A stretch of DNA of 63,856 bases, counting the filler, from an uncultured Methanosarcinales archaeon (GTDB lineage Archaea > Nanobdellota > Nanobdellia > Woesearchaeales > CAZKBD01), in assembly GCA_964550945.1 (NCBI GenBank). It is 4 parts of 4 records of this genome, joined end to end, with 100 filler letters (N's around TTAATTAATTAA, not from the genome) between each part and the next. Parts side by side here need not be neighbours in the genome. Positions count along the whole stretch, not along the records: positions 17,943 to 35,666 come from CAZKBD010000035.1; 3 more parts are not named here. One strand, given 5' to 3'. The notes below the pieces were generated by a model, which was given only the letters and a program-made list of their open reading frames with translations, made no database searches and was not told the origin of the DNA. Of the stretch, positions 18,543-27,832 are shown piece after piece (the first letter of the stretch is position 1; every line of letters begins with the position of its first letter). The translations under genes and the position numbers were made by a program.

Positions 18543-19163
18543 ATGTCAAAACTAATCGCGCAGGGAGCAGAAGCTAAGTTATTTCTGGAAGGCAGCAGAA
18601 TAATAAAAGATAGGATACAGAAGAGTTACCGTCTGAAGGAGATTGACACCAAGCTTCGTAACTTTAGGACAAGAAGAGAAGCCAAGCTAATCAGCAGATT
18701 AAGCGCAATTAATTTTCCTGCTCCAAAATTGGTTGATTCTGACGAAAAAGAGAAGATTGTTATGGAGTTTATTGAAGGCCCTAAAATAAGAGATATCCTA
18801 GATAAACATAATTATAAAAATTTGATGGCAGAACTTGGAGATGATATCGCAAAGCTGCACAACAGCAATATCATCCATGGTGACTTAACAACCTCAAACT
18901 TTATACTCAACAAGAAGGATAATAAGATTTATTTCGTAGACTTTGGCCTTAGCTTTTTCTCCCATAAGATTGAGGACAAGGCAGTTGATCTGCATCTTTT
19001 GAAACAAGCGCTTGAATCCAAGCATTATAAAATTTGGGAAAAAGCATATAAAGCTGGATTGGAAAGTTACAAAAAGACTGCTGATAATGGTGAAGAAATC
19101 TTAAAAAGATTGGAGAATGTTGAATCAAGAGGCCGTTATAAAGGAAAGAAAAAAGCTATCTGA
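18543..19163 (+). CDS. bud32: KEOPS complex kinase Bud32
   Basis: QGAEA, HGDLTTSN, DFGL, EDKAVDL and RGRY motifs. Confidence 0.95.
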   Translation: MSKLIAQGAEAKLFLEGSRIIKDRIQKSYRLKEIDTKLRNFRTRREAKLISRLSAINFPAPKLVDSDEKEKIVMEFIEGPKIRDILDKHNYKNLMAELGDDIAKLHNSNIIHGDLTTSNFILNKKDNKIYFVDFGLSFFSHKIEDKAVDLHLLKQALESKHYKIWEKAYKAGLESYKKTADNGEEILKRLENVESRGRYKGKKKAI

Positions 19164-19632
19164 ATCTCTCTTTTAATTTTTTATCGACAATCTCAGGGAC
19201 AAGGGCAGACACATCTCCTTTAAACTGGGCCATCTCCTTTACGATGCTTGAGTTAAGATAGCAGTATTTGCCTCTAGTCATGATAAAAACTGTTTCTATA
19301 TCAGTCGTAATCCTTCTGTTAAGCAAAGCTCTTTGGAACTCGTAATCAAAATCGCTGACAGCCCTCAATCCTCTTACAATGACATTCGATTTTTTCTTCT
19401 TTACAAAGTCTATCAACAGCCCTGAAAACACATCGATCTCCACATTTTTGTGTTTTTTAAGGGATTCCTTAAGCATCTCCAGCCTTTCTTCAACGCTAAA
19501 CAAAGACGTTTTCTCAGGGTTATCGCCCAAAGCAACAATAATCTTGTCAAATATCTTCAAAGCTCTCTCTATGACATCTATATGGCCGTATGTTACAGGA
19601 TCAAAACTTCCCGGATAAACTGCTATTCTCAT
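19156..19632 (-). CDS. coaD: Phosphopantetheine adenylyltransferase, bacterial type
   Basis: YPGSFDPVTYGH, RGLRAVSDFDYE and SSIVKE motifs. Confidence 0.95.
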   Translation of the reverse strand: MRIAVYPGSFDPVTYGHIDVIERALKIFDKIIVALGDNPEKTSLFSVEERLEMLKESLKKHKNVEIDVFSGLLIDFVKKKKSNVIVRGLRAVSDFDYEFQRALLNRRITTDIETVFIMTRGKYCYLNSSIVKEMAQFKGDVSALVPEIVDKKLKERFR

Positions 19633-20198
19633 TTTATTTTGCTGTAAATCTCTTTTATTTGTTTTCTTACGTCTGATATGGATTTATCATTGTCGACAAC
19701 AAAATCCGCATGTTTTAATTTCTCTTTCTGCGGCAGCTGTGACTTTATTATGTTATTTATTTCCTCTTTATTATATTTTCCCTTTTTTAAGAGCCGTTTC
19801 ATCCGATTTTTGTTGTTTATTTTCACTACAATCAGCTTGTCCAGCTCTTTAAATCCAGCTTCAATCAATAATGCGCCGTCAACTATGATCTTATCATTTT
19901 TTGATTTTTTAATGATGATTTTGATTTCTTTTATTATCTCTTGATGGATTATCCTGTTCAATTGCATTATCATGCCTTTATCATAAAAAACAATATTTTT
20001 TAGTTTTCTTCTGTCTATTTTATTGTTTGTTAATATACTCTTACCAAATTTCCCAATCACTTTATTTTTTATATCTGCTCTGCCTAATAGTTTATGGCCT
20101 ACCTCATCTGCGTTTATTACTTTAAAGCCCAGCTTCCTGAACTCTTCAGCAGCAGTGCTTTTCCCTGAGCCAAACACTCCTGTTATTCCAACTATCAT
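19629..20198 (-). CDS. coaE: Dephospho-CoA kinase, bacterial type
   Basis: GITGVFGSGKST, DRRKL..IVF, LN.IIH, SQLP and ADFVVDN motifs. Confidence 0.9.
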   Translation of the reverse strand: MIVGITGVFGSGKSTAAEEFRKLGFKVINADEVGHKLLGRADIKNKVIGKFGKSILTNNKIDRRKLKNIVFYDKGMIMQLNRIIHQEIIKEIKIIIKKSKNDKIIVDGALLIEAGFKELDKLIVVKINNKNRMKRLLKKGKYNKEEINNIIKSQLPQKEKLKHADFVVDNDKSISDVRKQIKEIYSKIK

Positions 20199-20230
20199 AT
20201 TTAGAGTAATACTAGGAGACTATATAAAAA

Positions 20231-22816
20231 TTACTTTTTCAAGCTGATTTTAGCCAAAACAAGCTTATGCATCCTCTTTAAGAAATCTATCTTGTCTTCT
20301 ATTTTCATTATGTCAGTATAGCCCTCCAAAACAAGATTAAATGCAAACGGGCTTGGTATTTTTGTGGTTATTTCATCCAGCTTTATCTTTTTTTGCTCTA
20401 TTGCTTCCAAAACCTTTTTTGTGTTCTCAATATCCATCAAATCCTCTAAAACCTCTCTTCTTGCTTCTTTCAGAATGCTGAAATTTGGATCTATCATTCG
20501 TACAGCATTCATAAGTATCATAGAGCTAACCTGCTGCCTTCCAACCCTTTTTGTATGGCCTTTGTAAGACCTTAAGATCATCAAAGCCCTTGCTGCGCAA
20601 TGCCTGAATCTTCTTTTCAAGACTTCTGTCCTGTCAATAGCCATGTTCATAACTTTTGTTATATCCTCTGATTTAAGCAGCTTGAATGCATTCATCACAT
20701 TCACTTTTTTGTCTGTCCTCAAAAAGAAGCCATTATCACTTATCCCAAACTCAACATCCTTATGCTGTGTTCTTGCTATTGCAAATACAATTGCCCTGCT
20801 TAAGCAGTCATTTACCCTTCTTCCAAACAAGGTATGGAAGATAATCGCATTATTCCTATCGTCATTATACCTTTCGATTATGATTCTTTTATCGCTTGGG
20901 ATGCCGATATAATTAAACTGCTCACTGAAATATTCGTAGATTGCATTTGCGCCGTTTTCATCGATATAAAGGTATTTATTGATGAAATCAATTATCTCTT
21001 TCTTTGATTTTCCCAGGCAGAATTGCTCGCTCATCAGCCTCCTGAACTTCCCGATATTCATAGCCAAATCAAAGCTTAATGGCAGCATTTCTGAGAACCA
21101 TGAGGGTATTGTCGGAGGCCTATAAACAGATGCCTTTACCTGTGCAACCATGCCCCTGCTAAAAAGAAATTCGTATTTTTCTCCTCCAAGAACAAAAACA
21201 TCCCCTCTTTTTAATCTCTCAAGAAAAGCTTCGTCAATTTTTCCAATAATTGCCTCGCCGCTCTTGACTAAAACAAATGTCTCATCTGGAATCGTGCCGA
21301 TATTAGTCATATAGATTACTCTGCCCATCTTTCCCCTTCTTCCAACTTCGCCTGTTTTTTCATCATACCAGATTTTTGCATAAATATGCCTGTCTTCAAG
21401 CGAGATGTATTTTCCAGAAAGGTAATCAATAACATCCATGAAGTCTTTTCGCTCCAGATCGTGGTAGCAATAGCTTTGCTTTATCAGCTTAAACAAATCT
21501 TCTATCTGTATTTTTTCTGCAATTGCAATACCATCTATCTGCTGGGCTAAAACATCAAGGCAGTTTTGTGGAATGTGGATCTTGTCAATATCCTTCTCAA
21601 TAGCGCTCTTCAATAAAACTGCATTCTCCACCAGATCATCCCTGTCAAGAACAATAATCCTTCCTTTAGCAGTCTCATGCAATCTATGGCCTGACCTTCC
21701 GCATCTCTGCAAAGCTCTTGCAACTGATTTTGGGCTTCCTAATAAGATTACCAAATCAATATAGCCAATATCTATGCCCAGCTCTAAAGATGTGCTGCTC
21801 ACAACCACCTTTAGCTTGCCCTCTCTTAATCTGTTTTCAAGCTCAAAACGATGCATCTTTGATAAGCTGCCATGATGCGCTCCAATATTCTCTGTATAAT
21901 TTTTTGGAAATTTCTCTTTTAGGTGGCTGACTACTCTTTCAGTGGCGCTTCTGGTATTTGTGAATATCAAAGTGGTTTTATGCTCCTGCACCAGTTTGTC
22001 TATCAGGGAATAAAGCGCTTCATGAGTCCCTTCATAGGTCGTATCTATCAGGTTAGGTAAAGGTGAAAGCACTTTAAGGTCCATCTGCTTGATAAATTGC
22101 ACATCAACAATCTCGCAATCCCTTGGCTCTCCATTTTCATAACCGACAAGGAATTGGGCAACCTCTTTTAAGGGAGATATTGTAGCTGAAAGGCCAACTC
22201 TTGCCATTGCAGGGCTTAATCTTTGCAGCCGTTCTAAGGATAATGATAAATGCACGCCCCTTTTATTTTCTGCCAGAGCATGAACTTCATCAAGAATGCA
22301 CCAGTCAGCATTTTTCATGTGATCCACAAACCTTGAAGAGCTTAAGATGATCCCTAAGGATTCTGGTGTTGTGATAAGTATATGCGGCGGATTTTTTAGC
22401 ATGGCTGATTTCTCAGAAGCAGTTGTATCGCCTGTCCTTACCGCAACCCTTATATTTAATTCCTTGCCAGCAATCTTCTCCATCTCTTTTAATGGTTCTT
22501 TTAAGTTCTTTTCAATATCATTATTGAGCGCTTTTAATGGGCTTATGTAAACACAGTATATCCTGTTCTCTAGAATCCCTTTTTCAGCGCTGTCAACAAG
22601 CTCATTAAGTATGCTCAAAAAGCCAGTCAATGTTTTAGTTGCGCCAGTTGGAGCGCTCACAAGTATATTCTTTCTGGAATGTATCTCCATAACTCCATGA
22701 AGCTGCGGCAAACTAAAAGCCTTAAATCTAGAGAAAAACCACTTGTCTACTAGTGGATTCAATATTTTTTTTACATGCTCCGCTGTGTAAGGCTCTTTGA
22801 GGAATTTTATCATCAC
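20231..22816 (-). CDS. lhr: Lhr-family SF2 ATP-dependent helicase
   Basis: APTGATKT, SPLKALNND, DEVH, GLSAT, HHGSLS, LELGID and QRCGRSGH motifs. Confidence 0.92.
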   Translation of the reverse strand: MMIKFLKEPYTAEHVKKILNPLVDKWFFSRFKAFSLPQLHGVMEIHSRKNILVSAPTGATKTLTGFLSILNELVDSAEKGILENRIYCVYISPLKALNNDIEKNLKEPLKEMEKIAGKELNIRVAVRTGDTTASEKSAMLKNPPHILITTPESLGIILSSSRFVDHMKNADWCILDEVHALAENKRGVHLSLSLERLQRLSPAMARVGLSATISPLKEVAQFLVGYENGEPRDCEIVDVQFIKQMDLKVLSPLPNLIDTTYEGTHEALYSLIDKLVQEHKTTLIFTNTRSATERVVSHLKEKFPKNYTENIGAHHGSLSKMHRFELENRLREGKLKVVVSSTSLELGIDIGYIDLVILLGSPKSVARALQRCGRSGHRLHETAKGRIIVLDRDDLVENAVLLKSAIEKDIDKIHIPQNCLDVLAQQIDGIAIAEKIQIEDLFKLIKQSYCYHDLERKDFMDVIDYLSGKYISLEDRHIYAKIWYDEKTGEVGRRGKMGRVIYMTNIGTIPDETFVLVKSGEAIIGKIDEAFLERLKRGDVFVLGGEKYEFLFSRGMVAQVKASVYRPPTIPSWFSEMLPLSFDLAMNIGKFRRLMSEQFCLGKSKKEIIDFINKYLYIDENGANAIYEYFSEQFNYIGIPSDKRIIIERYNDDRNNAIIFHTLFGRRVNDCLSRAIVFAIARTQHKDVEFGISDNGFFLRTDKKVNVMNAFKLLKSEDITKVMNMAIDRTEVLKRRFRHCAARALMILRSYKGHTKRVGRQQVSSMILMNAVRMIDPNFSILKEARREVLEDLMDIENTKKVLEAIEQKKIKLDEITTKIPSPFAFNLVLEGYTDIMKIEDKIDFLKRMHKLVLAKISLKK

Positions 22817-22952
22817 AAATAGTGAATATAGTCGAGTTTATAAACTTTCCAAAACCTTTTTAAATAAAGCCTGATTTCTAGGTATCAGCTAATTCAGTTT
22901 AGCTATTCTAGCGCCGTAAGGCGTGAAGATGTAATGGCATAAAGGTGTAATA

Positions 22953-23516
22953 ATGTATAATGATGTTGAACCAAATGACTTAATAGAAAAAACTGCTGAA
23001 GAGCTCAAGAAAATAGAAGCTATAAAGCCAGCTCCTTGGGCGAGTTTTGTCAAGACAGGAATGCATAAGGAAAGGCCGCCTGCAAGAGAGGACTGGTGGT
23101 ATATAAGGGCAGCAGCTGTATTAAGGTCAGTATGCATATTAGGCCCGGTTGGAGTCCAGAAATTAAGGTCAAAATATGGCGGAAAAAAATCAAGAGGCCA
23201 TAAGACAGAGCATTTCTATAGAGGGTCTGGAAGCATTATAAGAAAGATTCTGCAACAGCTTGAAAAAGCTGAATTATTGAAAAAAGTAGAAAAAAGCATA
23301 CACAAAGGCAGGATAATAACTCCAAAAGGCATCTCAATCTTAGACAAGGTTGCTAATTCAATAGTTAAATCAAAACCAAAAAAGGTAGAAGAGCCGGAAG
23401 TCAAGGAAGAAAAGGCCGTTGAAACTCCAGTACAGGTCAAAAAAGCTGAGATTAAAAAACCAAAGGCTGAAAAGCCAAAAGAAGGCAAAAAAGAAGAGCC
23501 TGTAAAAAATGGATGA
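22953..23516 (+). CDS. rps19e: 30S ribosomal protein S19e with Lys/Glu-rich tail
   Basis: WASFVKTGMHKERPP..DWWYIRAA and GSGSIIRKILQQLE motifs. Confidence 0.95.
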   Translation: MYNDVEPNDLIEKTAEELKKIEAIKPAPWASFVKTGMHKERPPAREDWWYIRAAAVLRSVCILGPVGVQKLRSKYGGKKSRGHKTEHFYRGSGSIIRKILQQLEKAELLKKVEKSIHKGRIITPKGISILDKVANSIVKSKPKKVEEPEVKEEKAVETPVQVKKAEIKKPKAEKPKEGKKEEPVKNG

Positions 23517-23841
23517 GCTTGAAGAATTGAAAAAACGAAGGCTACTAGAGTTACAACAAAAACAGCATGAAGCATTGCAGAGGCAATCACAGGAAGAATC
23601 ACAGCTTCAGGAGCAGATCGAGCAGCTCGAATTAATCGTGAAGCAGGTTTTCACAAAAGAAGCCTTAGAAAGGTATGGCAACTTAAAATCTGCTCACCCG
23701 GAAAAAGCAGTTCAGCTTTTAGTCCTATTGGGCCAGGCAATACAGCAGGGCCAGATAAAGCAGATAAATGATGTTCAATTAAAAGAGCTGTTAAGAAGAT
23801 TAATTCCTCAACAAAGAGAGTTTAAATTAAAAAAAATATAA
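23509..23841 (+). CDS. PDCD5-like DNA-binding protein
   Basis: DELEELKKRRL.EL...TKEALER.GNLK.AHPEKA pattern; conserved position between S19e and L39e. Confidence 0.9.
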   Translation: MDELEELKKRRLLELQQKQHEALQRQSQEESQLQEQIEQLELIVKQVFTKEALERYGNLKSAHPEKAVQLLVLLGQAIQQGQIKQINDVQLKELLRRLIPQQREFKLKKI

Positions 23842-23862
23842 ACAATCATAGATTAAATAAAA

Positions 23863-24036
23863 ATGGCACGATATAAACATCCAAGCAGGAAAAAAAGATT
23901 GACCAAGCTACATAGGAGAACAAGATGGGCTCCTTTTTGGACAGTGCCTAAGATATACGGAAAGACTAGAAGAGTCCATCCAGGCAGGCATACTAAAGTA
24001 AAGAGAAATTGGAGAAGAACAAAGACTAAGGCATAA
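23863..24036 (+). CDS. rpl39e: 50S ribosomal protein L39e (below the ORF-track cutoff)
   Basis: MARYKHPSRKKRLTKLHRRTRWAPFWTVPKIYGKTRRVHPGRHTKVKRNWRRTKTKA; KRNWRRTK motif and operon position. Confidence 0.9.
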   Translation: MARYKHPSRKKRLTKLHRRTRWAPFWTVPKIYGKTRRVHPGRHTKVKRNWRRTKTKA

Positions 24037-24037
24037 A

Positions 24038-24580
24038 ATGGCTAAGAAAAAAGAAGCAAAGATAAATATTGTCTTGGAAAGGGTTTATAATGTTCCTCTT
24101 AGAAAGGAATATTCAAAAGCTCCTAGATGGAACAGGACAAAAAAAGCTGTTAAAGCCTTAAAAGAGTTCTTGGCCAAGCACATGAAATCTGATGATATCA
24201 AGATTGGAAAATATCTTAATGAAGAGCTGTGGAAGCATGGCATTAAGAATCCTCCTCATCATGTAAAGGTTGAAGCCAAAAAAGACAATGAAGGGAAAGT
24301 CTTTGCAGAGCTTGCTGGCGCTCCAAAAGAAGAGCCAAAACTGAAAGAAACAGAAAAGAAGAAAAAAGCGAAAAAAGAAGAGAAGCCAGAAACAAAAGAA
24401 GAGAGATTAGAAGAAGCAGTAGAAGAGGCAAAAGAGGAGAAGCAGGAGATTGCAAAAGAGATAGAAAAAGAAGAGATAAAAGAGATGAGGAAAGAGCACC
24501 CAAAAGGGCAGCATGCTCCTAAGGAAATACTCAAGCAGAAACCAGTACAGCAGCATCAAACCGGCCCTGCAAAGGGATAA
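24038..24580 (+). CDS. rpl31e: 50S ribosomal protein L31e with long charged C-terminal extension
   Basis: ERVYNVPLR...PRWNRTKKAV...LNEELWKHGIKNPP. Confidence 0.93.
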   Translation: MAKKKEAKINIVLERVYNVPLRKEYSKAPRWNRTKKAVKALKEFLAKHMKSDDIKIGKYLNEELWKHGIKNPPHHVKVEAKKDNEGKVFAELAGAPKEEPKLKETEKKKKAKKEEKPETKEERLEEAVEEAKEEKQEIAKEIEKEEIKEMRKEHPKGQHAPKEILKQKPVQQHQTGPAKG

Positions 24581-24794
24581 GAATTTAAGTTTTCTTTAAA
24601 TCATTCCAATCCTTTAGAAATATGCCAAAAGGTTAAGGTTTGGCCAGAATATTGAATTTTTACATAAAAAATAGAAATTTATTTATACTCTTAAAATTAC
24701 GGGGCATATATAAAAGAGGTACTATATGTGGGTTCCAACCACATAAGGTTTATATATCCCTTAGTGCTTCTTTAGAATATAAAAGGTGGTATTC

Positions 24795-25034
24795 ATGACC
24801 GAAACACAAATTGTTCAAATGCTTATAAAAGGGCAAAACGATTTACAATGGTTTGACTCTAATCTTGATAGTCTTATCTCTGAATATAACAACCAGTTTA
24901 TCGCATTTAAAGACAACGATGTTTTAGACTCCGATCCTGACTTAGATAACCTGATGTCAAAACTGCATAAAAAAAAGGTTGATACCTCCAACATCTTCAT
25001 TAGGTTTGTTAGTAAGATTAAGTCAATTCTTTAA
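24795..25034 (+). CDS. DUF5678-like small protein
   Basis: QWF..N...L..EY.NQFIA.KD..VLDSD pattern; GGTGG SD; paired with an aspartyl protease. Confidence 0.6.
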   Translation: MTETQIVQMLIKGQNDLQWFDSNLDSLISEYNNQFIAFKDNDVLDSDPDLDNLMSKLHKKKVDTSNIFIRFVSKIKSIL

Positions 25035-25038
25035 TAAT

Positions 25039-25506
25039 ATGGCAATTTCAAAAGAGAGGATTCCTTTACAAGTTATCGAAGGGAGGTTGATTCTTACATC
25101 TGTCATTGAATGCAAAAGCCTAAGAATCCATAGGCAACTTATGGATTTTATTGTTGATACGGGCTCTGCAGATTCTTATTTTAGCCAAAAGGATGTTGTC
25201 CGGCTTCAGATTCCAATTAAAGACAAACCAATAGTGGGTGAAGTTGATTTCGGAGGTTCTAGATTTAATCGTGTAGATCTTCCAAAATTCAAGCTATATC
25301 TTCTAAAGGAAGACAAAGAAAAAAAGGATTATTTTGAAATTGATTTGGGATTGTCTGCATTAAAAACAACAAAAACATCTCTAAAGAATATCCAAATCGC
25401 ACAACAACTGCCTTCTATCTTGGGAATGGATTTTTTAAAGAAACAAAAATTTTCCCTTCACGTAATTTTAACTGAAGGTTTAGCCTATCTCCAATATGAA
25501 GACTGA
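25039..25506 (+). CDS. Retropepsin-like (clan AA) aspartyl protease
   Basis: FIVDTGS catalytic motif and SILGMDFL motif. Confidence 0.8.
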   Translation: MAISKERIPLQVIEGRLILTSVIECKSLRIHRQLMDFIVDTGSADSYFSQKDVVRLQIPIKDKPIVGEVDFGGSRFNRVDLPKFKLYLLKEDKEKKDYFEIDLGLSALKTTKTSLKNIQIAQQLPSILGMDFLKKQKFSLHVILTEGLAYLQYED

Positions 25507-25563
25507 TAGATTTCTTTTTATCATTGACGATAAAAATTGAAAATTTGCTTCTAAGGCTATTTT

Positions 25564-26157
25564 TCACCCAAAACAATCATTCTCATATGAACACTTCTCG
25601 CATCTACTTTTCCTAATTGGTTCTGGACCTTCTCCTGAATTAATGTACTCCCTCATTTCCTGCATTGTTTTTAGCAGGAATGATTTCATGTTTTCCGTGT
25701 ATGGAATGTAGAATGGCTGTCCGCCTTTATATTGTATAAAACCATATCTGGGTTTAGTGCCTTTTGCTTCTTCTATCAATAAACAGTAAGAAACCAGCTG
25801 CATCACATGAGAGAAATATGGTTGGTTTGGTCTTGATGAATGCTTTATTTCCAAAGGCAGTAATCCATCTTTTGTATGCAGGATGAAATCTGGCTTGCCC
25901 GTTAATCCATATTTGGATGAGAATAACGCTTTTACAGGCCGTTCCTTATGATCAGAATAGATTGCCTTGCTTTTATATACTTGTTTTGGAACTTTTGTTA
26001 ATTTTAATAAAATGAACTACCCAACCACAGCAAGCTGTGGGGTATCACGTTGCGAAAAAAACAATTCAATCGTTGCAAGCAACGGGGTATTAACCCAAAT
26101 GGGAATAAATAAGATTAGTAAAATAAAACACAATATGGTTATTAGTATCCCTATCAT
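25564..26157 (-). pseudogene. Membrane-anchored Cas4-like PD-(D/E)xK nuclease (C-terminal half of a split gene), interrupted by a 99-bp element
   Basis: ATG 26157, TM, then GKPDF...LEIK, QLVSY and CEKCSYENDC in one frame. The only stop is TAG at 26017-26019, inside the insertion. Confidence 0.8.
26011..26109 (+). mobile_element. 99-bp non-autonomous palindromic element, resembling IS200/IS605-derived MITE/PATE ends
   Basis: aatgaactaccc..ccacagcaagctgtggggtat...cgttgcaagcaacggggtat...gggaataaa; two GCAAGC-centred hairpins. Removing it restores the host reading frame. Confidence 0.75.
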
Positions 26158-26378
26158 CTTAAAAACCAGTATAAAATTAGAGCTATAATCATAAAAATAA
26201 CAATTATTATTAAACTATAAAGAAACATTGCTGTTTGGTGTTTTTCTGAGACAAGTTTATGGTGTTTTTCTCCTTTAAGCATTAGTTTTGTCACCTTAAC
26301 ACCTTTTGTTATTCCAAGCCACCAGCTAACAGGACAGAAAAGATAATTTGCTATATCACTTGATCTGATTATTTTCAT
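26154..26378 (-). CDS. Cas4-like N-terminal fragment protein with C-terminal TM
   Basis: IRSSDIANYLFCPVSWW...GEKHH matches the Cas4 N-terminus with the first Fe-S Cys; ATGA overlap with the next gene. Confidence 0.7.
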   Translation of the reverse strand: MKIIRSSDIANYLFCPVSWWLGITKGVKVTKLMLKGEKHHKLVSEKHQTAMFLYSLIIIVIFMIIALILYWFLR

Positions 26379-26400
26379 AAGAGTTAGGGTAATTTAAATT

Positions 26401-27003
26401 TCAATTTAAAGGTTTCTTAAAAAATAGAAAAAATAAACCTGTGAATATTAAAATTAAAAGGAAGAACCAACAAATCCATTTGTGAGTCAGATAAAAACCT
26501 CTAATCAACTTACCTAGGTTCACTAATCCAGTGATTCCTATTCTACCAATCACAAGTAATATTGCTAGTATAAGAATCAAGCCATAAAACATGAAAAAAA
26601 TGTAAGGTATATTGACTGGATCATCGTAAGAAATGAAATTAAATTTTCCCCATATTGAATATTTTATACTCCAACTAAAAACCATGAAAAACACCGCAAA
26701 ACCGAAATGAACAATGAGATATTTTAATTCAAATACTAAGGGATTGTATTTTTTATCAAATATTTTTTTTCCAATCTCAACGAAATTAATGCAGACAATA
26801 TAAAAACTATTAATCAGAAAAACAATAATTGAAATTATTGCACCAACATACCAAGGCGTAATCCATTCTTGTTTTAAAAAACAAATATAAATATAGCCTA
26901 TTGCAAAATTTAGAATTAGAAATAAAATCTCAAGACAATTTCTTTTTTGAAAGAATCCTTTAAGTGAGTAATACAGATCATCTTTCCATAGTTTCTTAAC
27001 CAT
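26401..27003 (-). CDS. Hypothetical multi-pass membrane protein
   Basis: 200-aa ORF with about 5 hydrophobic segments. Confidence 0.6.
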   Translation of the reverse strand: MVKKLWKDDLYYSLKGFFQKRNCLEILFLILNFAIGYIYICFLKQEWITPWYVGAIISIIVFLINSFYIVCINFVEIGKKIFDKKYNPLVFELKYLIVHFGFAVFFMVFSWSIKYSIWGKFNFISYDDPVNIPYIFFMFYGLILILAILLVIGRIGITGLVNLGKLIRGFYLTHKWICWFFLLILIFTGLFFLFFKKPLN

Positions 27004-27192
27004 TCTATTTTGGGCCTCATTTAAAACAAAAAAATAATCTTAACACCCACAACTATCTTTGTTTAAGAATGGAGCCTGTCTGTATAAATTTTTCGGTTTT
27101 CTCTAGTCAAAAGTTTATCACTCCTTATTTGTGAAATCCATAGTTCTAAAGTACAGAAATCTTTATTAATAAGGATACTAATCTTGTAGAGT

Positions 27193-27474
27193 ATGATTGA
27201 ATTTAATCTCCAAACATTATTATTCTACGGATTGGGTTGCCTAGGTGCGTTGCTGCCTAAATTTTTAGAGGGATACCATAATAGAAAAAAGAAGAAAGGA
27301 AGGAAAAAGATTAAAAATACATACATTTTATGGGAAATTGGGTATATCCTATTTGGCGGGGTAGTTTCAGTCATCTTGACTCCAGCAAATGAGTTGCATG
27401 CATTCATTTTTGGAGCAACTTGGGAGTCATTAATACTAAATTACATTAAAAAGTTTGGTGAAAAAAATGAATAA
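27193..27474 (+). CDS. Small membrane protein
   Basis: Three hydrophobic segments and a basic loop. Confidence 0.55.
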   Translation: MIEFNLQTLLFYGLGCLGALLPKFLEGYHNRKKKKGRKKIKNTYILWEIGYILFGGVVSVILTPANELHAFIFGATWESLILNYIKKFGEKNE

Positions 27475-27787
27475 AAAAGCACAAGTACGATATATTCCTG
27501 CAATAATTATAATAATATTAGTGTTATATTTTTTGAACCAATCACTTAACCCCAAGGTAGTTGTAATAAACATAGAGAGTAACCTATGTGATAACTTAAA
27601 CTTAAATATCGAAAAAGGAACAACAGTTAAATGGGTCAATAATGGACAGCAACAAGTAGGATTAACTTTTTTCGGTTCGATTGATGTTACATTGCCTCCA
27701 GGTGCGGTTTACTCCTTAAAATTTGATAAGTTAGACACCTATACTTATACCTGTGTCGGCAGAGAGGCACGAATTATCGTTAGATAG
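27467..27787 (+). CDS. Cupredoxin-fold protein with class III-like signal peptide
   Basis: MNKKAQ plus hydrophobic stretch; I.KGTTVKWVN, LPPG..YS..F and YTYTC. GGTGA SD favours ATG 27467. Confidence 0.65.
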   Translation: MNKKAQVRYIPAIIIIILVLYFLNQSLNPKVVVINIESNLCDNLNLNIEKGTTVKWVNNGQQQVGLTFFGSIDVTLPPGAVYSLKFDKLDTYTYTCVGREARIIVR

Positions 27788-27832
27788 GCAAGGTCTTATT
27801 GAGGGATAACCAGGATAATTCTAATGTGTTAG

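Noticed and set aside
26017..26019. Amber readthrough or pyrrolysine recoding in the Cas4-like gene
   Set aside because: The TAG lies inside an inserted element, TAG ends ordinary genes here (e.g. ilvB, psmA), and no pyl genes are seen.
25967..26188. 73-aa plus-strand ORF
   Set aside because: Shadow frame across the inserted element and antisense to the Cas4-like gene.
25564..26378. CRISPR-Cas locus
   Set aside because: Only a stand-alone Cas4-like gene; no cas1/cas2 and no repeat-spacer array anywhere in the window.
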